Part shown: one piece after another, positions 47,512 through 59,624 of the stretch | How the letters are laid out: each line of letters starts with the position of its first letter | How positions within the stretch are numbered: the first letter of the stretch is position 1 | Translations under genes and position numbers: made by a program | The notes under the pieces: generated by a model | Database searches by the model: none | Told to the model about the DNA's origin: nothing | The model's input: only the letters and a program-made list of their open reading frames with translations | NCBI RefSeq assembly: GCF_020745735.1 | Contig: NC_083433.1 | Span: forward strand, 2,677,363 to 2,741,362 | From: Hemiscyllium ocellatum | Lineage: Eukaryota | DNA length: 64,000 nucleotides | Direction: 5' to 3'

Positions 47512-50468
47512 GCCCATCTGGTCCAGATCCTGTTGTAATCTGAGATAACTTTCTTTGCTGTCCACTACACCTCCAATTTTGGTGTCATCTGCAAACTTAC
47601 TAATTCTACCTCTTATGCTCGCATCCAAATCATTTATATAAATTATAAAAATTACAAAAATAGTCGACCCAGCATCGATCCTTTTGACACTCCACTGGTC
47701 ACAGGCCTCCAGTCTGAAAAACAACCCTCCACCACCACCCTCTGTCTTCTACCTTTGAGCCAGTTCTGTATCCAAGTGGCCAGTCCTCCCTGTATTCCAT
47801 GAGAGTCTCCCATGGGGAACCTTGTCGAACGCCTTACTGAAGTCCATAGAGATCACATCTACTGCTCTGCCCTCATCAATCCTATTTGTTACTTCTTCAA
47901 AAAACTCAATCAAGTTTGTGAGACATGATTTCCCATGCACAAAGCCATGTTGACTATCCCTAATCAGTCCTTGCCTTTCCAAATACATGTACATCCTGTC
48001 CCTCAGGATTCCCACCAACAACTTGTCCACCAACATCAGGCTCACTGGTGTATAATTCCCTGGCTTGTCCTTACCACCCTTCCTAAACAGTGGCACCACG
48101 TTTGCAAACCTCCAGTCTTCTGACACCTCTCCTGTGACTATCGATGATACAAATATCTTAGCAAAAGGCCCTGCAATCACTTCTCTAGCTTCCCACAGAG
48201 TTCTTTGGTACACCTGATCAGGTCCTGGGATTTATTCACTTTTATGCGTTTCAAGACATCCAGCACTTCCTCCTCTGTAATCTGGACTTTTTCAAGATGT
48301 CACCATCTATTTCCCTACAGTCTATATCTTCCATGTCCTTTTCCACAGTAAATACTGATGCAAAATACTGTTTAGTATCTCCCTCATCTCCTGCGGTTCC
48401 ACACAAAGGCCACCTTTCTGATCTTTGAGGGGCCCTATTCTCTCCCTAGTTACCCTTTTGTCCTTAATGTATTTGTAAAAACCCTTTGGATTCTCTTTAT
48501 CCCTATTTGCCAAAGCTATCTCATGTTCCCTTTTTGCCCTCCTGAGTTCCCTCTTAAATACACCCCTATTATCTTTATACTCTTCTGAGGATTCACTCGA
48601 TCTATCCTGTCTCTACCTGACATATGCTTCCTTGTTTTTCTTAACCAAACCCTCAATTTCTTCAGTCATCCAGCATTCCCTATACCTACCAGCCTTCCCT
48701 TTCACCCTGACAGGAATATACTTTCTCTGGATTCTTTGTATCTAATTTCTGAAGGCTTCCCATTTTCCAGCAGTTCCTTTACCTGCAAACATCTGCCCCC
48801 AGTCAGCTTTTGAAAGTTCTTGCCTAATACCGTCAAAATTGGCCTTTCTCCAATTTAGAACCTGAACTTTTAGATCTGGTCTATCTTTTTCCTTCACTAT
48901 TTTAAATCTAATAGAATTATGGTCGCTGGTCCCAAAGTACTCCCCCCACTGACACCTCTGTCACTTGCCTGCCTTATTTCCCAAGAGTAGGTCAAGTTTT
49001 GCACCTTCTCTAGTAGGTACATCCACATACTGAATCAGAAAATGTTTTGTACACACTTAACGAATTCCTCTCCATCTAAACCTTTAACACTATGGCAGTC
49101 CCAGTCAATGTTTGGAAAGTTAAAACCCCCTATCATAACCACCCTATTATACTTACAGATAGCTGAGATATTACAAATTTGTTTCTCAATTTCCCTCTAT
49201 TGGGGAATCTATAATAAAATCCCAATAAGGTGATCATCCCTTTCTTATTTCTCAGTTCCACCCAAATAACTTCCCTAGATGTATTTCGGGGAATATCTTC
49301 CCTCAGTACAGCTATCCCTTCTCAAAAACTCCACTCTCCCTCCACTCTCACCTCCCTTTCTCTCCTTCCTGTAGCATTTGTATCCTGGAACATTAAGCTG
49401 CCAGTCCTGTCTATCCCTGAGCCATGTTTCTGTAATTGCTATGATATCCCAGTCCCATGTTCCTAACCATGCCCTGAGTTCATCTGCCTTGCCTGTTAGG
49501 CCCCTTGCATTGAAATAAATGCAGTTTAATTTGTCCCTGCCTGCCTGCCCTGGCGGTTTGACTCGCTTATGTTCTCAACTGTACCAGTCTCAGATTGATC
49601 TCTTACCTCACTATCTCCCTGGGTCCCACTCCCCCAGCCCCTTACTAGTTTAAATCCTCCTGAACAGCTCCAGCAAATCTCCTTGCCAGTATATTAGTCC
49701 CCTTCCAATTCAGGTGCAATGCGTCATTCTTGTACAGGTCACTTCTATTCCAAAAGGGACTCCAATGATCTAAAAATGTGAATCCTCCTCCCATATACCA
49801 GCTCCTTAGCTAATGCATTCATCTGCTGTATCCTCCTATTCCTGCCCTCACTGGGAATAATCCAGATAGTACTATTCTTGAGGACCTTCTTTTCAAAATC
49901 CTGCCTCTCTGTAATCTCCCTTCAGAATCTCAACATTTTCCCTTCTTATGTCGTTGGTTCCAATGTGGACAATGACCTCCTGCTGGCCCCTCTCTCCCGT
50001 GAGAACATTCTGCACCCTCTCTGAAACATTCTTGATCCTGGCACCAGGGAAGCAACACACCATTCTGATTTTTTGCTTCCTGTCATTTTGATTTTCACAT
50101 CTACATGAAGATTAAGATCAACCATGATTAATGTGCTGCCATCTTTTTTTCTGTGCATTTATTTTCTCCTGATTCTCCTGACAGTATGGCTACTGTTGGG
50201 GGCCTGTGGACCACTCCTACAGTGTCTTCTTCCCCTTGTTGTTTCTGACCTCTCCCATCTGATTTGTACATCTTCAGGTCTAAGAATACTTCTTCCTATT
50301 TCACTTATTCCATCCCATTCAAACAATTTTTCCTTCTTGACTCTTTCCTTGCTGCCTGTCCTTTCTAAAGATCACACACCCCTGAATATTTAGTTTCCAG
50401 CCCAGATCGCCATTTAACCATGCCTCCATAACTAGCTGTAAGACCATACTCATTAACGTCTACCAGTA

Positions 50469-50600
50469 GGAGAGAGTGAGGACTGCAGACGCTGGACAGT
50501 CAAAGACGAAAAGTGTGGTGCTGGAAAAGCACAGCAGGTCAGGCAGCATTCGAGGAGCAGGAGAGTCAATGTTTTGGGCATAAGCCCTTCATCAGGAATG
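50469..50600 (-). mobile_element. Family A single-arm mini-element
   Basis: Family sequence on minus; 9-bp TSD CTACCAGTA (50460 / 50601). Confidence 0.82.
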
Positions 50601-50870
50601 CTACCAGTACCATAAGTTCAGAATACTGTGTATTTAAAAGCCATCAATTTTGCCTTTTTCCCCTTTTCTCCCCACAATGATCCTTTATTTTGTTTGTACA
50701 CTGTGCCTTCCTGTTTGCAATGCTGCCGTATCCTCTTGTTTTGTAAACCTATGCATCCCTGCTCGAGAATCTGACCCCATTCTAATCCGATTCAATCCCT
50801 CTCTACAGACTGAGTTATTCATTTCACCAAGACATGGTTCAGGTGAAGGCCATCCCAGCAGAACAGCTCC

Positions 50871-50956
50871 TGATGAAGGGCTCTGGCCCGAAACGTCGAA
50901 TTTCCTGTTCCTTGGATGCTGCCTAACCTGCTGAGCTTTAACCAGCAACACATTTT
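50871..50956 (+). mobile_element. Family A tail-less single-arm mini-element
   Basis: CTGATGA a gggc-tctg-gccc GAAACGTC at 50870-50897. 12-bp direct repeat CAGAACAGCTCC (50859 / 50957). Confidence 0.82.
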
Positions 50957-52279
50957 CAGAACAGCTCCCACCTAGTCCAGTGCTGGTGCCAGTGCCCCCC
51001 AATCCAAAACCCATTCCTCCCACTCCAATCTCTGAACCACACATTAAACTCCTTCATGTTATTTATCCACTGTTAATTTGCCAGTGGCTCAGGGATTAAT
51101 CCAGAGATTGTTAACTTGGAGGGTCTGCTCTTTAATTTAGTTCCAAACTGTTCAAATATTTTCAGCGGAATCTCCTTCTAGTCCCATCAATGTTGTTGAT
51201 CCCAATGTGGATCCCTCCCCTTCCTTCCCTCTCCAGTCCCAAAGAGATGTCCTTAACCCTGGCACGGGGCAGGCCACACAGCCTTCAGGACTCCTGCACC
51301 TGGCTGCAGTGAGCAGTATCTATCTAATTATACCGTCCTTCACAACCAAGACGTTCCTATTTCAACCCCCAACTTGAATGGCTCCCTGTACCATAGTACT
51401 GGGGTCAGTTCACACATCCTCCCAGCAGACCCCACTCTCACCCGTACGGCTTGCAAGAACCTCTAACTGCTGGACAATTCCAAAACTCTTCAAACATTAA
51501 CCCCTAGGTGCCCAAACCCACAGCTACACTCTCCAGATCAACTCTGAATGAACTAATCTCAGGGGTATGACTGATCTAAAGCAAAGTGTCCAGGTAATAT
51601 CCCCCCTTCCCCAGTGTGGCACAAAGTCTGCGTCTCAAACTCCCCTTTCTCAACTTCAATCCAAAATTTCTCAAACTGCAAACATTGGCTACAGATGTGT
51701 TCAATTTGGATTACTTTGGTGTCCAGCAGCTCCCACATCCTGCAGCAGCAACACATCACCTGACCAGCTACGTCTGTTACATTTTAGTAATTAATCACTC
51801 AAGTATCCCTGCTCTTTATCCTGGATTGTACCTTTTTTTTTTAAACAACAGTATTAATTCTACACTAACAAGCTTTCTCAAAAGAAATTAAGAAAAATTG
51901 AGATTAGAGATCTATACACATTTACACCCTATTTTTACTTTATAGACTAAAAATCCTCACTGATTTGCTACTTCATTCAGGCAAAAACAACTAAACACTT
52001 CTTTCCTTCCTCTACTAACTCCCTGAGGTACTCAACTCCAGCACTTTACTGTAAGTTGCACTCTCAAGTGCTAAGTCACACTCAGTTGGCTATTTAGATA
52101 TGCTCCCAGCAAAAACATCTACATTAATCATTTAAGGAGGATCCAGTTTCAACTGGTTCTTAATTACTCTGTTCTTTTGCTGTGACTTTTGGGAAAGTCT
52201 TTGCTTAAGGCTAGCAACTACAGAACTTAAAATGTAGATTTCAGTTTAGTGCCAACCACTAACTAAATTAGGTTTGCAC

Positions 52280-52690
52280 AAGCGAGTTTTGAGAAGATTT
52301 GTAGCTCAGGTTGAGGTTCTGGATGTAGGTTTGCTTGCTAAACTGGAAGGTTCATTTCCAGATGTTTCATCACCTTACTATGTGACATCTTCAGTGGACC
52401 TCCAGGCGAAGCACTGTGGATAATTCCTGCTTTCTGTTTATATGTTCGGGTTTTTTGGGGGTTAGTGATGTCATTTCCTGTGGTGATATCATTTCCGGTT
52501 CTTTTTCTCAGGGGGTGGTAGATGAGGTCTAACTTGATGCGTTTGTTGATAGAGTTCCGGTAGGAATGCCATGCATCTAGAAAGCAGGAATTATCAACAG
52601 TGTTTTGCCCGGAGGCCCACTGAAGATGTCTCCTAGTATGGTGATGAAATGTCTGGAAATGAACCTTCCAGCTCAGCGAGCAAACCTACA
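52280..52690. mobile_element. Penelope-like remnant (family C) with inverted pseudo-LTRs
   Basis: Same ends as 22512-23147 in the opposite orientation. cca CTGAAGA tgtctcc tagtat ggtgat GAAATGTC tgg at 52617-52656. Probable TSD TAGGTTTG (52269 / 52693). Confidence 0.82.
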
Positions 52691-54254
52691 GCTAGGTTTG
52701 TCTAAATGAAAGATTTAGTCTTCCTCACACAGTAATGCATGCAGTCAGTCTTCCTTCAGTCCCAATCCTTCGATGTTGCAGCTCACTCTTGGTACTGACC
52801 TGCCGACAGTGTGGCACTCCCTCACTACCATCTGTTTGCAGAGGGAATTAATGATCATGTTGGTTTGTCAAGGGTGCAGGAGAGGGAGAAGAAGGAATCT
52901 TCCAGCTTCTCACTGGGCAGGAATAAAAGACAACTCATGCAACAAAGACAAGGTTTATTTTATTTGGCCTCATATAATGTGACATTCATAACCAGCAAGG
53001 CATCAAATTCAGCAGCATCTCGATGTTGGACACAAAGGGGAGGTGCCCCGATCCTAAGCGATACAAAAACATCAGGTAAACTCCCGACTCAGAGGGAGAC
53101 AGTTTCAGTAGCCCAACAGCACAGGTTGCTAGGCCTAACCAGGAGAGCTGATGCAGAGCTCAGTCAGTCGTTCCCCTCTCTGTGGGTCACGCCGGAGACC
53201 CGTGTAAACACTCCTACGTGTGGCAGTGCCTCAAAACTAAAGGCAGACCCCACACGCCCGTTCTGCAAATTGCAAGCAAACCAGAGACCTCCTCACGGAC
53301 CACAATGATTGAGGTGAGTGGGTGAATGAAATTGTCAATCCCTCTCAAACAGTCCACAGTCACCCTACACTCACTTCTACCACACCCCATACCACTAATC
53401 CCCACCCCACCACCCTGCCCAAAGTAAATCTTTAAACTTAAGTATTTGGTCTAAGTTAATCTCAGCATTCAGTTGATTCAATGAGATGAGATGAGCCTAC
53501 ATGAAGCTGTGAAGACAGCAGGACACGTTGGGAAAGTGCTAAAGTGGGAAAGTGTTAATGGGATCCTTGACCTTATTCAGAGGGGAACAGAGTACAAAAG
53601 GAAGGATGTTATAGATCTCTGGTTAAGCATCCGTGGGAACACTGAGTCCCAGCAATTTGGGAAGGTTTTCTAAGCCCTTGGAGGAGATTTTCCAGAATGG
53701 AAGTAGGGACAATGGGTTTCAGAGGCAGAGTCTGGAGAAGCTGGGAACTGTAGGAGAAAAGCTTCCGGCAAGATCAAGTGGAAATGGTCAAAACTGTGAA
53801 CAGTTTCGATAGAAGATGAAAGAGTGTAAAGTGGTGGGTGGATGAGTAACCAGAGGATAAGCATAATGCTTTCCACAGTGAGCTATGGACCAGATTGTGC
53901 TGCCTAAAGGGCAGAGGAAACAGAATTCAACAGTAATTCTGGGAGAGAACTGCAATAGCAGGGTAAAAGGAAATGTTGCTGGGCTATGGAGCAAGGCAGG
54001 GGGATGGGAATAACCAGCACAGACACACAGCTGACTAGCCTCCTTCTGCAATATTCTGCCCAGTTCTTCACCAGCAGATTATTTGGTGTTAGTTATTTTG
54101 GTTCTTTGTGCATTTCTCTGCCGCTGCCCTGGAACCCAGCCCCTTCACTCTTGTGATTATTGAAAGTGATGGGCAATTCTGAGACAGGCAACGCAGCAGC
54201 AACAGAGCACACACATTAGGGAGAGTCAAATCAACTCGACTATAAATCATGGTG

Positions 54255-54481
54255 GAGAAAGTGAGGTCTGCAGATGCTGGAAATCAGAGCTGAAAATGTG
54301 TTGCTGGAAAAGCGCAGCAGGTCAGGCAGCATCCAAGCAGCAGGAGAATCGACGTTTCGGGCATGAACCCTTCTTCAGGAATGAAGAATTCCTGAAGAAG
54401 GGCTTATGCCCAAAACGTCGAATCCCCTGTTCCTTGGATGCTGCCTGACCTGCTGCGCTTTTCCAGCAACACATTTTCAGT
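54255..54481 (-). mobile_element. Family A fold-back mini-element
   Basis: Inverted arms, each with a CTGAAGA core, and a 35-nt unpaired tail. 14-bp TSD TATAAATCATGGTG (54241 / 54482). Confidence 0.88.
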
Positions 54482-56886
54482 TATAAATCATGGTGACCTG
54501 TTGAGCTTTGTTAACCTTCAGATCAGCAAAACAACACAAGAGGTAACAAGTGGAAACTTGGAACAAGCTTCCCCAAAACTCTCTGGAATATGGCGCTGGG
54601 GATCGGAGATACAATTGGAGCTTTCAGGATAGAGATGGATAGACTTTTTTTTTTGAGTAATCATATCAAGGGAGACCGGGAATAGTGAGTAAATGGAGTC
54701 AATGTTGGGGGATACACATTTACAACAGAGACAAGAACAAATTTCCTCTCTGAGAGGATGGTAAACGTGTGGGATTCTTTACCACAGAGGACTTTCGAGG
54801 CTGAGCCATTAATTATCTTCAAGGCTGACAAAGACAGATTTTTAATCAGGAAGGGAATCAAGTGTTTTTAGATTACTTACAGTGTGGAAACAGCCCTTCA
54901 GTCCAACAGGTCCACACCGACCCTCCGAAGAGCAACCCACCCAGACCCATTACCCTATATTTACTCCTTCACCTAACAGTACAAGTAATTCAGCGGGGCC
55001 AATTCACCTAACTTGCACATTTTTGGACTGGTTATAGGGAAATAGTAGGAAAGTGGAGTTGAGGATTGTTAGATCAGCCATGAATGGTGGGAGAGACTCG
55101 ATGGACTGAATGGTCTACTCCTGCTTCTATCTCTTATCAGCTTATAGAGGCCGGGGTATAGATTAACAGAGACACTGAGGATGACATTTAATGGGATATT
55201 TCAGAATATCTTCCTGCTAACAACACAAAATTCTAAAGGGAGGGCCCATCATCTGTCATTAGCAAAGGAAGTGAGAGAAAGGATCAATTTTTTTTAAAAA
55301 GCGTATAATTGTAGAAATTTGAGGGGTCAGTCAGATAATGAGCGAGAATGTGACAAATGACAGAGAATGACTAAAAAGTTACGCAGGGGAAAAAATATCA
55401 AGGACTGTGGAGTTATACAGCAGGAAAACAGACCCTTCAGCCCAACCAGTCCATGCCAACCATATTCCCAAACTAAACTCATCCCATCTTCCTGCGCTTG
55501 GTTCATCTCCCTCTAAACCTTTCCTATTTGTGAACTTATCTAAATGTCTATTAAACACTGTAACTACCCACATCTACCACTTCCTCTGGCAGTTCATTCC
55601 ACACACAAACCACTCTGAGTAAAAAGGTTGCCCCCTCATGTCCCTTTGAAATCTTTCTCCTCTCACCTTAAAAATATGCCACCCGGTTTTGAACTCCCCA
55701 ACCCCGTGGAAAAGACCCTTGTCTTTCACCATGTCTGTGCCTCTCATGATTTTATAAATCTCTATAAAGGTCACCCTCAACTTCCTACACTCCAGTAAAA
55801 AAAGTCCCAGTCTTCCCAATCTATTTTATAACTCAAACCCACCACTCACAGCAACATCCTGGTAAATCTTTACTGAACCCTCGCCAGTTTAATAATATCC
55901 TTCCTGTAACAGGACGACCAGAACAGGACACAGCACTCACCAGTGTCCTGTACAACCTCAACATGACATCCCAACGCCTATACTCAAAGGTCTGAGCTAT
56001 GAAGGTAAGTGTATGAACACCTTCTGAACCTTCCTGTCTATATGTGCCGCAATTTCAAAAATTATGTACCTGAACCTCTAGGTCTCTCTCAAAAAAACTA
56101 GCTAAAAATGTAAAAAACAGCAAGAGTTTCTACAAGTATTTTTTTAAAAACACAGTAAGCAGGTGTTGATCCTCTCAAGGGTGAGAATGGGGAGTTAAAC
56201 ATAAATAATGAAGAAACGGTGGACAAAATGAACAAAATATTTTGCTTCTGTCTTCATTATAGAGGATGTAGAAAACATTCCTTGTGATACTGTTAATCAG
56301 GAAGGAGGGAGGGAGACAAATTAGCAAAACTACAATTACAAAGGAAACTGACTGAGAGCTTCAGGTGACAGGTGTGTGTGTCTGGTGGACTTCATTCTGG
56401 GCTCTGAATGAGCTAACGGATATATTGCTGCTAATATCCAAAGTTCCATAGATTCAGGAAAGGTTCCATCGGCTTGAAAAGTAGCAAACATGACACTCTA
56501 CTCAAGAATAGGGATGGCTCAGTGGTTAGCACAGCGCCAGGGACCCGGGCTCGATTCCAGTCTCGTTCTCCCTGTGTCTGTGTGGGTTTTTTTCCGGGTG
56601 TTTGTTTCCTCACACAGTCCAAAGATGTGCAGGTCAGGGTGGATTGGCCTTTGGAAATTGCCTACAGCATCCAGGGATGTGCAGGCTAGGCTGGATTAGC
56701 TAGGGGAAATGCAGGGTTAAAGGGTAGGGGTGAGGATCTGGGTGAGATGCTCTTCGGACGGTCAGTGTGGACTTGATGGACCAAATGACTTGGTTCCTCA
56801 CTGTAGGGATTCTAAAAAAAAGGAAAGCAGGAAACCACTGGCCAGTTGGTGTGTCATCTGTCAGGGGCAGATTGATTCAAAAAGCA

Positions 56887-57257
56887 CATTCCCTCAACAC
56901 TGACCCTCCGACAGCATAGCACTCCCTCAGCACTGACCCTCCGACAGTACGGCACTCCCTCAGCACCGACCCTCCGACAGTACGGCATTCCCTCAGCACC
57001 AACCCTCCGACAGTGCCCACTCCCTCAGCACCGACCCTCCGACAGCGCGGCACTCCCTCAGCACCGACCCTCCGACAGTACGGCACTCCCTCAGCACCGA
57101 CCCTCCGACAGTGCCCACTCCCTCAGCACTGACCCTCCGACAGTGCGGCGCTCCCTCAGCACTGACCCTCCGACAGTGTGGCGCTCCCTCAGCACTGACC
57201 CTCCGACAGTGCGGCGCTCCCTCAGCACTGACCCTCCGACAGTGTGGCGCTCCCTCA
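56887..57257. repeat. 33-bp minisatellite, ~11 variable units
   Basis: Same unit family, with 32- and 33-bp variants. Confidence 0.95.
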
Positions 57258-58336
57258 ATCTGGAATGGGTTTTGAACTCAGAACCTTGTGGATCTGTAAA
57301 CAAGGCCAACGGGTTTGCGGATGGAGAGGTGAAACAGCAGGTCATGTGGGATGGGTGAAAAATTTGGGGTCAATCCAGTTTTGACACAAGAGTGGTGGCA
57401 ATCACAGTTTCCTTGGATGGTGGATGAGGCTAACACACGTGGGGTTTGCAGCCTTCCATCCAGTGCCTGTCAGGCAGTGTCAGAGACTGACTGAGCCTCT
57501 CCAGTGTAAAGTCTTCTCCAGATCGCATTAAATACTGTGGCAGCTCCTGCTTAGGCCAGCAACAATCAACAATTCAACTTATTTACAATATATTTACAGC
57601 ACAGCCTCCAGCCTGATCAAAAATACTTGGCAGCTCAAAGAACCAAAACGAACCACACCCACACATTCACCATTTTGATATCATTCTGTGCAAAATATCC
57701 AACAAACTCAAACAGACTCAAGTGCAAATATTCCTCAGGGAGGTCGACATCAGAGAGCAGCTAAACAATGCACAGAGGAGAGAGAGAGAGAGACAGAGGG
57801 AGGGGTACACAGAGAGAGGAGGACACACACAGAGTGCAGCAGCAAGAGATGGAAAAAGAGAGAGAGAGAGAGAGACACACACAGTGAAAGACACACCCAG
57901 AGAAAAAGGGACAGGGAAATGGAGACAGACAGAAGGCAACATTGAGGGAAGAGAGTTAAAAAACTGGAATGTGAGATCAGTGATAAAGAGAATGAAACAA
58001 ATCTGGAATAAATGGAAGGGGCAAGTGAGAACAAGTGAATGGAAAATAAGAGAGGATGGGAAAAAAGACAGAACAGTGTACGTACCAAGACATGGGTTTC
58101 TCAGACTCTCAATGAGTGATGGAGCCTCAGCGTATAACCTCCGTTCTGAAGCATGGACCCTCAGACTAAATTACACTGCTTCAGTCTGGCTCAGACTGCA
58201 TCTCAAACCCACAGAGACTCTCTGCTAACTGTTACATGGCTCTCCAACATACAAACCCACTGCCTCACCGATCTAAACAAGTGCAGTGAACGAGTAAACT
58301 GTGAGTACAGCACAGTGTGACCTTTACAGGGCACAG

Positions 58337-58560
58337 GCAAAAGTGAGGACTGCAGATGCTGGAAACCAGAGTTTAGATCAGAGTGGTGCTGGAAAAGCAC
58401 AGCAGGTCAGGCAGCATCCGAGGAGCAGGAAAATCAACGTTTTGGGCAAAAATCCTTCTCCAGGAATCCTGATGAAGAGCTTTTGTCCAAAACCTTGATT
58501 TTCCTGCTCCTCGGATGCTGCCTGACCTGCTGTGCTTTTCCAGCACCACTCTGATCTAAA
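58337..58560 (-). mobile_element. Family A fold-back mini-element, ~0.8 kb downstream of the CBX7 stop
   Basis: Inverted arms with decayed cores. 15-bp TSD CTTTACAGGGCACAG (58322 / 58561). Confidence 0.88.
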
Positions 58561-59363
58561 CTTTACAGGGCACAGCCTTGAGGCAGTCAATCCCATGGTA
58601 GCTCACCCTCCCCTGAACAACATTTCAATATAGACCAGAGGTGCCACACAGTGTTCCACCAGAGAGGGCTCATTTCAGGGTTAGATACAGCATTGTATCA
58701 CCTCAAAAGTCAGTCCCAGACTCAGACTGTGCTAGACCCTGGTCAGTCCCAGGTCAAACAGGTTCACATCTGCACTGACTGGCCCTAATACAGCCCTCTC
58801 TGTGACAATAGGCCAAGACACTGAAATGGGCAGGTTCACTACAGCTACATCACAGCAAAGTCCTTTCGCCAAATTCCCAGTGTACACCCTTGTGCTCTCC
58901 CAAGTCTACCTCCCTGGCTCCCTCTCAGCCCCACCTCCATCTCCTAATCCCTCCGTCTCCACAGTAACCCCCGTACTCCCCTCTCCCTCAATACTATCTC
59001 CCTAGCCCCACCTCCATCTCCCAATCCCTGTCTCCACAGTAACACCCCCCCCCCCCGTACTCCCCCACCCCCTCATACCCACACCCTCCCATCTTCAGTC
59101 CCTCCTGAATCTCTCTCTCTTTCCAATGTCCCTCTCCTGCTCTCCCTACCTTGCCTCTCATTACTCCCTCCATCCTCCACACTCCCTCCCACACACTCAC
59201 TCTCCTGTTCTGAAGGGGTACGTGAACCTAGGTGCTACCCTGCAGACCCTAACCGTTTCTACGGTGATACATACACTCAACAGTTTATAAATATGGAACC
59301 TTGTTTCTCTTTTAGGAGAAATGAACAAAACATTTGACAGGACGGATGTAAATCTGTTTGTTT

Positions 59364-59533
59364 TCAGCAGCTCAGACTCCGGTCCCTGAAGAAACCCTCA
59401 GCTGCCTGACCTTCCCGGAAGGTCACCGTCAGGGAGTTTGCCGTGACATCAGTCACCGTGACGTTACCAAGGGGAATGGAAGGCTGCCAGCCAATGGGAA
59501 TAGAGCCAGTCATCCGGATGGGAGAGGCGGAGC
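59364..59533 (-). CDS. CBX7: Chromobox 7, last coding exon (Pc box)
   Basis: ctatctgcag|(G)SASPIRMTGSIPIGWQPSIPLGNVTVTDVTANSLTVTFREGQAAEGFFRDRSLSC*. The TVTFRE.QAAEGFFRDRS ending is the CBX7 C-terminus. Phase 1 matches the upstream exon. Confidence 0.93.
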
Positions 59534-59624
59534 CTGCAGATAGGAGGGAAAAGAGAGGCAGAAGATAAAATCTCACTCATTCAGCCAATCAGTGTCAGAC
59601 TCTCCCAGCTCCAGGGAGCTCCGC

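Larger units (their letters stand above)
46545..50075 (-). mobile_element. CR1-clade LINE, long and relatively young but frameshifted
   Basis: On minus: SGNH-esterase-type ORF1 end (CCFPGARI...VIVHIGTND, ~49950-50065), an endonuclease region, RT fragments (NYTPVSL, QHGFVHGKSCLTNLIEFFEEVT, DFSKAFDKVPH, ISKFADDTKIGG, LYRTLVRPLLKYCVQFWSP, RTRGHRF...NFFTQRVVQVWN) and a CR1 3' end near 46550. Confidence 0.92.
43270..52000 (-). mobile_element. Older, heavily decayed CR1 LINE that hosts nested insertions
   Basis: Colinear fragments on minus: ORF1 Zn-finger-like CCCCRMWE...HICSQC (51559-51759), esterase remnant (~51150-51300), endonuclease IMVDLNL (~50100-50130), linker (46000-46530) and RT GKSCL...EVTSEIDKG (43291-43515). 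Interrupted by the Penelope copy, a CR1 3' fragment (~45470-45960), the younger CR1 and mini-elements. Confidence 0.75.

Noticed and set aside
53203-53220. miR-30-like TGTAAACACTCCTAC
   Set aside because: The match to miR-30 is imperfect and I see no complementary arm for a hairpin.
57688-58228. Charged 168-aa ORF
   Set aside because: It derives largely from (GA)n/(CA)n low-complexity sequence.
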